Below, piece by piece: positions 49,977 through 59,718 of a stretch of DNA of 64,000 nucleotides. The position numbers were made by a program, and so were the translations under genes. How positions within the stretch are numbered: the stretch's first letter is position 1; each line of letters opens with the position of its first letter. The notes under the pieces are model-generated. The model ran no database searches and was not told the origin of the DNA. It saw only the letters and a list, made by a program, of their open reading frames with translations. The stretch comes from Mobula hypostoma (Eukaryota), in NCBI RefSeq assembly GCF_963921235.1, contig NC_086097.1, forward strand, positions 107,262,001 to 107,326,000. Direction: 5' to 3'.

Positions 49977-52900
49977 TCAGAACCCTGCACCAGCCTTCCC
50001 TCCATACCTCTTGATCCCCGTAGCCACAAGGGCCATATCTAACTCCCTCTTAAATATAGCCAATGAACTGGCCTCAACTGTTTCCTGTGGCAGAGAATTC
50101 CACAGATTCACCACTCTCTGTGTGAAGAAGTTTTTCCTAATCTCGGTCCTAAAAGGCTTCCCCTTTATCCTCAAACTGTGACCCCTTGTTCTGGACTTCC
50201 CCAACATCGGGAACAATCTTCCTGCATCTAGCCTGTCCAATCCCTTTAGGATTTTATACGCTTCAATCAGATCCCCCCTCAATCTTCTAAATTCCAACGA
50301 GTACAAGCCCAGTTCATCCAGTCTTTCTTCATATGAAAGTCCTGCCATCCCAGGAATCAATCTGGTGAACCTTCTTTGTACTCCCTCTATGGCAAGGATG
50401 TCTTTCCTCAGATTAGGGGACCAAAACTGCACACAATACTCCAGGTGTGGTCTCACCAAGGCCTTGTACAACTGCAGTAGTACCTCCCCGCTCCTGTACT
50501 CGAATCCTCTAGCTATAAATGCCAGCATACCATTTGCCTTTTTCATCGCCTGCTGTACCTGCATGCCCACTTTCAATGACTGGTGTATAATGACACCCAG
50601 GTCTCGTTGCACCTCCCCTTTTCCTAATTGGCCACCATTCAGATAATAATCTGTTTTCCTATTTTTGCCACCAAAGTGGATAACTTCACATTTATCCACA
50701 CTAAATTGCATCTGCCATGAATTTGCCCACTCACCCAACCTATCCAAGTCACTCTGCATCCTCTTAGCAAGCTCCTCACAGCTAACACTGCCACCCAGCT
50801 TTGTGTCATCCGCAAACTTGGAGATGCTGCATTTAATTCCCTCATCCAAGTCATTAATGTATATTGTAAACAACTGGGGTCCCAGCACTGAGCCTTGCGG
50901 TACCCCACTAGTCACTGCCTGCCATTCTGAAAAGGTCCTGTTTATTCCCACTCTTTGCTTCCTGTCTGCAAACCAGTTCTCCATCCACATCAATACCATG
51001 TGCTTTAAGTTTGCACACTAATCTCCTGTGTGGGACCTTGTCAAAAGCCTTTTGGAAATCCAAATATACCACATCCACTGGTTCTCCCCTATCCACTCTA
51101 CTAGTTACATCCTCAAAAAATTCTATGAGATTCGTCAGACATGATTTTCCTTTCACAAATCCATGCTGACTTTGTCCGATGATTTCACCGCTTTCCAAAT
51201 GTGCTGTTATCACATCTTTGATAACCGACTCCAGCAGTTTCACCATCACCGACGTTAGGCTAACCGGTCTATAATTCCCCGGTTTCTCTCTCCCTCCTTT
51301 TTTAAAAAGAGGGGTTACATTAGCCACCCTCCAATCCTCAGGAACTAGTCCAGAATCTAACGAGTTTTGAAAAATTATCACTAATGCATCCACTATTTCT
51401 TGGGCTACTTCCTTAAGCACTCTGGGATGCAGACCATCTGGCTCTGGGGATTTATCTGCATTTAATCCCTTCAATTTACCTAACACCACTTCCCTACTAA
51501 CATGTATTTCGCTCAGTTCCTCCATCTCACTGGACCCTCTGTCCCCTACTATTTCTGGAAGATTAGTTATGTCCTCCTTAGTGAAGACAGAACCAAAGTA
51601 ATTATTCAATTGGTCTGCCATGTCCTTGCTCCCCATAATCAATTCACCTGTTTCTGTCTGTAGGGGACCTACATTTGTCTTTACCAGTCTTTTCCTTTTT
51701 ACATATCTATAAAAGCTTTTACAGTCAGTTTTTATGTTCCCTGCCAGTTTTCTCTCATAATCTCTTTTCCCCTTCCTAATTAAGCCCTTTGTCCTCCTCT
51801 GCTGAACTCTGAATTTCTCCCAGTCCTCAGGTGAGCCACTTTCTCTGGCTAATTTGTATGCTTCTTCTTTGGAATTGATACTATCCCTAATTTCTCTTGT
51901 CAGCCACGGGTGCACTACCTTCCTTGATTTATTCTTTTGCCAAACTGGGATGAACAATTGTTGTAGTTCATCCATGCAACCTTTAAATGCTTGCCATTGC
52001 ATATCCACCGTCAATCCTTTAAGTGTCATTTGCCAGTCTATCTTAGCTAATTCACATCTCATACCTTCAAAGTTACCCCTCTTTAAGTTCAGAACCTTTG
52101 TTTCTGAATTAACTATGTCACTCTCCATCTTAATGAAGAATTCCACCATATTATGGTCACTCTTACCCAAGGGGCCTCTCACGACAAGATTGCTAATTAA
52201 CCCTCCCTCATTGCTCAAAACCCAGTCCAGAATAGCCTGCTCGTTGGTTCCTCGACATGTTGGTTCCTCGACATGTTGGTTCAAAAAACCATCCCGCATA
52301 CATTCCAAGAAATCCTCTTCCTCAGCACCTTTACCAATTTGGTTCACCCAGTCTACATGTAGATTGAAGTCACCCATTATAACTGCTGTTCCTTTATTGC
52401 ACACATTTCTAATTTCCTGTTTAATACCATCTCCGACCTCACTACTACTGTTAGGTGGCCTGTACACAACTCCCACCAGCGTCTTCTGCCCCTTAGTGTT
52501 ACGCAGCTCTACCCATATCGATTCCACATCTTCCCGGCTTATGTCCTTCCTTTCTATTGCGTTAATCTCTTCTTTAACCAGCAACACCACCCCACCTCCC
52601 CTTCCTTCATGTCTATCCCTCCTGAATATTGAATATCCCTGAACGTTGAGCTCCCATCCTTGGTCACCCTGGAACCATGTCTCTGTGATCCCAACTATAT
52701 CATAATCATTAATAACAATCTGCACTTTCAATTCATCCACCTTATTACGAATGCTCCTTGCATTGACACACAAAACCTTCAGGCACTCTTTTACAACTCT
52801 CTTAGCCCTTATACAATCATGTTGAAAAGTGGCCCTTTTTAATGCTTGCCCTGGATTTGTCGGCCTGCCACTTTTACTTTTCTCCTTAGTACTTTTTGCT

Positions 52901-53022
52901 TCTACCCTCACTTTACACCCCTCTGTCTCTCTGCACTGGTTCCCATCCCCCTGTTGTGAACTAACCTCCTCACGCCTAGCCTCTTTAATTTGATTCCCAC
53001 CCCCCAACCATTCTAGTTTAAA
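49977..53022 (-). pseudogene. CR1 ORF2 (APE endonuclease and RT), broken by a 14-bp deletion
   Basis: VNARS, ITETW, GDFN, SDHN, DFQKAFDKVPH, QGSVLGP and FADD. Confidence 0.93.
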
Positions 53023-53600
53023 GTCACCTCAGTAGCCCTCGCTAATCTCCCTGCCAGGATATTGGTCCCCCTAGGATTCAAGTGTAACCCGTCCTTTTTG
53101 TACAGGTCACGCCTGCGCCAAAAGAGGTCCCAATGATCCAAAAACTTGAATCCCTGCCCCCTGCTCCAATCCCTCAGCCACGCATTTATCCTCCACCTCA
53201 TCGCATTCCTACTCTCACTGTCGCGTGGCACAGGCAGTAATCCCGAGATTACGACCTTTGCGGTCCTTTTTCTCAACTCCCTTCCTAACTCCCTATATTC
53301 TCCTTTCAGGACCTCATCCCTTTTCCTACCTATGTCATTGGTACCTATATGTACCACGACCTCTGGCTCCTCACCCTCCCACTTCAGGATATCTTGGACA
53401 CGATCAGAAATATCCCGGACCCTGGCACCAGGGAGGCAAACTACCATCCGGGTCTCTGGACTGCGTCCACAGAATCGCCTATCTGACCCCCTTACTATCG
53501 AGTCCCCTATCACAACTGCCCTCCTCTTCCTTGCCTTACCCTTCTGAGCTACAGGGCCAGACTCTGTGCCGGAGGCACGGCCACTGTCGCTTTCCCTGGG
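53013..53600 (-). CDS. CR1 ORF1 SGNH/GDSL esterase domain, 5' truncated
   Basis: GDS, PGA, GTND and KDGLH blocks are intact. Confidence 0.88.
   Translation of the reverse strand, partial: PRESDSGRASGTESGPVAQKGKARKRRAVVIGDSIVRGSDRRFCGRSPETRMVVCLPGARVRDISDRVQDILKWEGEEPEVVVHIGTNDIGRKRDEVLKGEYRELGRELRKRTAKVVISGLLPVPRDSESRNAMRWRINAWLRDWSRGQGFKFLDHWDLFWRRRDLYKKDGLHLNPRGTNILAGRLARATEVTLN
53016..53022 (-). promoter_or_regulatory. Candidate -1 ribosomal frameshift heptamer U UUA AAC
   Basis: In ORF1 phase directly before the TAG. The -1 frame is ORF2. Also present at 24275-24281, 54393-54399 and 55015-55021. Confidence 0.7.
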
Positions 53601-54544
53601 TAAGATATGATCACTGCCTCCTAAGGGTTCCTTTACCTTAAGCTCCCAAATAAAATCTGGATTTTTCACAATACTCAATGTAAGATAGCCTTTCCCTGAG
53701 TAGGCTTAAGCATAAGCTGCTCTAAAAAGCCATATCATAGGCATTAAATAAATTCCCTCTCTTGCGATCGGACACCAACCTGATTTTCCCAATCCCGTTG
53801 CATGTTGAAGTCCTCCATTACAATTGTGGCATTACCCTTATAATATAAACTTTCCAGCTTGCATTGCATTCTCAACCCCACATCTTGGCTATTACTTGAA
53901 GGTCTATATATGATTCCCATAATTTTCTTTTACCCTTACAGTTTCTTAACTCCACCCACAAAGATTTGACATTCTCTGACCCTATGACACCTCTTTGTAA
54001 ACATGTAATTCCATCTCTTACCAAAAGAACCACTTATGCCTTCTTGTCTGTCCATTTGATAAAAAGTACATCCTTTGACGTTCAGCTCCCAACTGTGATC
54101 TTCTTTCAGCCACGACTCAGTGATGCCCATAACGTCATACCGACCAATCTCTAATTGAGCCATGAGTTCATCCACGTTATCCCGAATACTCCGAATACAC
54201 CACCTTCAGTCCTGCATTCTCTGCATTCTTTGCCTTTTTGAATTTTGCCTCTGTGGTACAATTTAACTCCTTACACTGTCTGCATTTGTACCCAATCACT
54301 GGCTTGTCCTTCTTTACATTCATGTTACACCCATTGTTTGCTGCCTCATCCTCAGCTCTATCATCTCAGGTTCCCATCCTCCTACCATGTTAGTTTAAAG
54401 CACTCCAAACAGCTCTAACAAACCTGCCCAAAGGATACTGACAGTACAAACATCTCTGCCATGGCTCCAGCAATTTCTTCCATGGCTTCCCACAGTGTCC
54501 GAAAGTACACTTGGTCAGCCTCCAGGGATTTATAACTCCCTACC

Positions 54545-57500
54545 TCCATAGTGAGAGGTACAGAAAGGGGTTTCTGCGGCAACAGGCAAGATTTAAGGAT
54601 GGTGTGTTGCCTCCCTGGTGCCAGGATCCAGGATGTCACAGACCACTTGCAGGGAATCCTCAAGAGTGAAGGTGAACATCCGGAAGTGGTGGTGTATGTT
54701 GGCACAAATGACGTGGGGAAGAAGAGGAAAGACGTTCTACAGCGCGACTTCAGAGAACTCGGAAGAAGGCTAAAAAGCAGGATTTCGGGGGTGGTTATCT
54801 CCGGTTTGCTTCCAGTTCCCCGTGCTGGAGTGGTCAAGAACAGGGAGATAATGGATCTGAATGTGTGACTGAGGAACTGGTGCAGCAAGCAAGGATTTAC
54901 ATTCTTAGACCACTGGGGTATGTTTTGGGGTAAGGATGAATTGTACAAAAGGGACCTTAATAGGCGGGGCACCAGCATTCTGGCAGGCAGGTTTGCCTCT
55001 GCAACATGGGTGTGTTTAAACTAAGTTGTGGGGGGAGCGGACGAACTGGAAATATAAGGATGGAGATAAAGGGAAAATGAGAATAAGAAAAGTTAAGGAA
55101 GACAGCAGAATCAACAGAGCAGAAAGCTCAAGAAGGGATCGTACAGTATGGCCAAGTGAAATAGGAATTGGTATGGGAGGTGAGGGGAGTAATGAATTAA
55201 AAGTATTGTATATGAATGCACGGAGTATAAGAAATAAAGTGGATGAGTTTGAGGCACTGTTGGAAATTGGTAAGTGTGATGTTGTGGGAATAACAGAGAC
55301 ATGGCTTCAAGTGGACAGGGTCTGGGAAATGAATATTCAAGGGTACACGTCCTATCGAAAGGACAGACTGATGGACAAGAGGGGGTGGGGTGGCTCTGTT
55401 GGTGAGGAATGATATTCAGTCCTTTGCGAGGGGGGACATAGAATCAGGAGATGTAGAGTCAGTATGGATAGAACTGAGAAATTCTAAGGGTAGAAAGATC
55501 CTAATGGGAGTTATCTACAGGCCCCCAAACAGTAGTCTGGATGTAGGGTGTAAGTTGAATCAAGAGTTAAAATTGGCATGTCACAAAGGTAATACTACAG
55601 TGTTATGGGGGACTTCAACATGCAGGTAGACTGGAAGAATCAGATTGGTGCTGGGCCCCAAGAAAGGGAGTTTGTGGAGGCCCTCCAAGATGGATTCTTA
55701 GAACAGCTTGTACTGGAGCCTACCAGAGAGAACGCAATTCTAGATTTAGTGTTGTGGAGTGAACCGGATTTGATCAGGGACCTCGAGGTAAAGGAGCCAT
55801 TAGGAAGTAGTGACCATAATATGATAAATTTTAATCTACAGTTTGACAGGGAGAAGGGAAACTCGGAAGTGTCAGTATTACAGTTGAACAAAGGGAACTA
55901 TGCTGCTATGAGGGAGGAGCTGGCCAAAGTTCAATGGACCCTAGCAGGGATGACAGATGTTTCTGGAAATAATGCGGAAGGTGCAGGATCAGTTCATTCC
56001 AAAGAGGAAGAAAGATCCTAAGGGGAGTAAGGGGAGGCCGTGGCTGACAAGGGAAGTAATGGACAGTATAAAAATAAAAGAGAACAAGTATAACATAGCA
56101 AAGACGAGTGGGAAGCCGGAGGATTAGGAAACTTTTAAAGAGCAACAGAAGGTAACTAAAAAGGCAATACGCAGAGAAAAAATGAGGTATGAAGGTAAAC
56201 TAGCCAAGAATGTAAAGGGGGATAGTAAAAGCTTCTTTAGGTATGTGAAAAGGAAAAAAATAGTTAACACCAAAATTGGGCCCTTGAAGACAGAAACGGG
56301 TGAATTTATTATGGGGAACAAGGAAATGGCAGACGAGTTGAACAAGTACTTTGGTTCTGTCTTCACTAGGGAAGACACAAACAATTTCCCAGATGTAATA
56401 GTGGCCAAAGGACCTAGGGTAATGGATGAACTGAAGGAAATTTATATTAGGCAGGAAATGGTGTTGGATAGGCTGTTGGGTCTGAGGGCTGATAAGTCCC
56501 CGGGACCTGATGGTCTGCATCCCAGGGTACTTAAGGAGGTGGCTTTAGAAATCGTGGACGCATTGGTTATCATTTTCCAATGTTCTATAGATTCAGGATC
56601 AGTTCCTGTGGATTGGAGGGTGGCTAATATTGTCCCTCTCTTCAAGAAGGGAGGAAGAGAGAAAACAGGGAATTATAGACCGGTTAGCCTGACGTCGGTG
56701 GTGGGAAAGATGCTGGAGTCAATTATAAAAGATGAAATTACGACACATCTGGATAGCAGTAACAAGATCGGTCTGAGTCAGCATGGATTTACGAAGGGGA
56801 AATCGTGCTTGGCTAATCTTCTGGAATTTTTTGATGATGTAACTATGAAAATGGACAAGGGAGAGCCAGTGGATGTAGTGTACCTGGTCTTTCAGAAAGC
56901 CTTTGATAAAGTTCCACATAGGAGATTAGTGGGCAAAATTAGGGCACATGGTATTGGGGGCAGAGTACTGACATGGATTGAAAATTGGCTGGCCGACAGA
57001 AAACAAAGAGTAGCGATTAACAGGTCCCTTTTGGAATGGCAGGCGGTGACCAGTGGGGTACCACAGGGTTCAGTGCTGGGACCGCAGCTGTTTATAATAT
57101 ATATTAATGATTTAGATGAGGGAATTAAAAGTAACATTAGCAAATCTGCCGATGACACAAAGCTGGGTGGCAGTGTGAAATATGAGGAGGATGTTATGAG
57201 AATGCAGGGTGACTTGGACAGGCTGGGTGAGTGGGCAGATGCATGACAGATGCATGACAGATGCAGTTTAATGTGGATAAATGTGAGGTTATCCACTTTG
57301 GTGGTAAGAACAGGAAGGCAGATTATATCTAAATGGAGTCAAGTTAGGAAAAGGGGAAGCACAACGAGATCTAGGTGTTCTTGTACATCAGTCACTGAAA
57401 GTAAGCATGCAAGTACAGCAGGCAGTGAAGAAAGCTAATGGCATGCTGGACTTCATAACAAGGGGAATTGATTACAAGAGCAAAGAGGTCCTTCTGCAGC

Positions 57501-58095
57501 TGTACAGGGCCCTGGTGAGACCACACCTGGAGTACTGTGTGCAGTTTTGGCCTCCAAATTTGAGGAAGGACATTCTTGCTGTTGAGGGAGTGCAGCATAG
57601 GTTCACAAGGTTAATTCCCGGGATGGCAGGACTGTCATATGTCGAAAGATTGGAGTGACTGGGCTTGTATACTCTGGAATTTAGAAGGCTGAGAAAAGAT
57701 ATTATTGAAACATATAAGATTATTAAGGGATTGGACACGCTGGAGGCAGGAAGCATGTTCCTGCTGATGGGTGAGTCCAGAACCAGAGGCCACAGTTTAA
57801 GAATAAGGGGTAGGCCATTTAGAACGGAGTTGAGGAAAAACTTTTTCACCCAGAGAGTGGTGGATATATGGAATGCTCTGTCCCAGAAGGCTGTGGAGGC
57901 CAAGTCTCTGGATGCTTTCAAGAAAGAGATGGATAGAGCTCTTAAAGATAGCGGAATCAAAGGTTATGGGGATAAGGCAGGAACTGGATACTGATTGTGG
58001 ATGATCAGCCATGATCACAGTGAATGGCGGTGCTGGCTCGAAGGGCTGAATGGCTTACTCCTGCACCTATTGTCTATTGTCTATATTGTCTATTG
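54545..58095 (+). mobile_element. CR1, CTATTGT-tail subfamily, with ORF1 esterase part and disrupted ORF2
   Basis: CLPGA and VGTND, junction at 55015-55024, RT ORF 56182-57246, tail at 58067-58095. Confidence 0.93.
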
Positions 58096-58335
58096 AATTC
58101 CCACCCAGGATGTTTTTCATGATACTCACAAATGAGAAATATTAATTTAAGATCTCACCCGTCTCCATTGACTCCATACATTAAACATAGAACCTAGAAC
58201 AGTACAGGTACAGGCTCATTGCTGTGCCAAACTTTGATCTTACTCTAAGATCAATCTAACCCTTTGCTCCCACCTAGTCCTCCATTTTTCTTTCATGTAT
58301 GTGCCTATTGAAGAGTCTCTCAAATCTCCCTAATG

Positions 58336-59718
58336 CAGCCTTTTTCAACTTTTTACACAGGAGGAAGCCTTGAAAAGACTTTCAGGTCTCAGGAAACCCC
58401 TGTGTAAAAATGATTACATCTATAGCTCATGGAACATTAACGTGATCAGTAAGTTGTAGATATAATAATCCAAAAATAATTGTCAATACTCTTTTGAGTA
58501 GAGAATGTATTTTAGCCAACTTTTCTTGAAAAAAACAAGTAGTTAAGCTTAGCTTACCTTTCTTGAAATTAATCTCTTTCTTTCCCTTTCATAAATTTTA
58601 AAAACTCATAAGGAAAACATAATAAATGTTGTTAAATAACTGGCTTAAACCAAATGGGATTTAATTCTTCCAAAGGTAGGCTTGGTGGGTTTAATTTAAA
58701 TAAGGGTTGTAAACTGATTTTAATTAATGCTATTTACAACATGAAAATTTATTGGCAATGTTGAATAGTAAAGTTACTAAAAAACTTAAGCCAAAGCAAT
58801 ATGAGTAAAAATATAGCCTAAGACACAATTTTATACAAGACTTTGAAAAACCATTTTTTTACTAAGTGATATGATCAGGCTCAAATATAGGCCTAACATG
58901 TGAAACCTGTGCTTGATTTTTGCTGCACAAATACTCAAGTCTGGATCAAACGAGATAAGCACACATGGATGTCAGCTTCAACTGAAATATGACAATTTCC
59001 ATCCTTGCTCTTGATTCCTGTTAAACAAGAAAAAGCTTGCTCACACATGTAAGAAGTTGAAAACTGCAGCAAAATGTTTATTGCTTTACTATGAATGACA
59101 GGATACTCTTCTTTCACAGAAATCCAGAACTTGTCCAGGGGGCAGGTCAATAAATTTCACCCTGAGTACACAACCAGACGGCAGCTCACAAAGTTCTTCT
59201 TCTTCTCTCAAAGTCAAGTTCTCAGGCTGAGCAGAAGATTCAGAGAAAGGGCCCCTCATCCAGTCATACACATGCTAAAAGGGAGGAAAAATAATGTAAC
59301 CAAACAACAGGAATTCTGCAGATGCTGGAAATTCAAGCAACACACATCAAAGTTGCTGGTGAACGCAGCAGGCCAGGCAGCATCTCTAGGAAGAGGTACA
59401 GTCGACGTTTCAGGCCGAGACCCTTCGTCAGGAGTCCTACAGTCTATAGTCTTCCCCTCTGTGCAAAACTGTGCTCATCAATTATCAACAGCCTCCCCTA
59501 TCTCATGTCAAAAACTGAGAATGGACTCAACCAAATAAATATAGTCCAATTGTGCACTACCATAGCGGGTTGAGAGACCTTCAGTGAGGTTGCTAACAGG
59601 CTGCTTGGTCAGTGCCCACCAGTGGAAGCACTAGCATCGTGCATTGAGCAAAGTTCAAAAAAACAATGTTTATTTTTAAAATCGCGATCTCTCGTGGAAC
59701 CCCAGTTGAGAAACCCTG
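58336..59718 (-). mobile_element. Buster/Charlie-type hAT transposon, internally deleted
   Basis: TIRs CAGCCTTTTTCAACT and CAGGGTTTCTCAACT (12/15). 8-bp TSD CCCTAATG/GCCTAATG with central TA. FW...EYP...FSTSYMCEQAFS dimerisation motif. Confidence 0.88.
59302..59433 (-). mobile_element. Penelope-like 3' terminus with ribozyme core, inside the hAT
   Basis: Nearly identical to the reverse complement of 34981-35111. Core CUGACGA...GAAA-CG-UC at 59400-59433. Confidence 0.9.

Larger units (their letters stand above)
49881..53603 (-). mobile_element. Young CR1 with ORF1 esterase domain and complete ORF2 (one frameshift)
   Basis: ORFs 53013-53600, 50908-53007 and 49977-50999, with a (TTCTATGT)n tail. 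Confidence 0.95.
47151..54442 (-). mobile_element. Older CR1 hosting two nested insertions
   Basis: ORF2 fragments continue across the inserts at 47841-48529 and 49881-53603. ORF1 end GRFVRAVWSALN* at 54390-54428. Confidence 0.85.

Noticed and set aside
53601..53678. N-terminal MSIVKNPDFIW... as the true ORF1 start
   Set aside because: It is host CR1 endonuclease sequence (EPLGGSDH) read across the insertion junction.
42240..57960. Long antisense ORFs over CR1 (for example 42663-43349, 51854-52642, 57472-57960)
   Set aside because: Shadow frames of the RT gene caused by codon bias.
58935..59271. Domesticated ZBED/Buster host gene
   Set aside because: Frameshifted, interrupted by a Penelope piece, and bounded by TIRs and a TSD.
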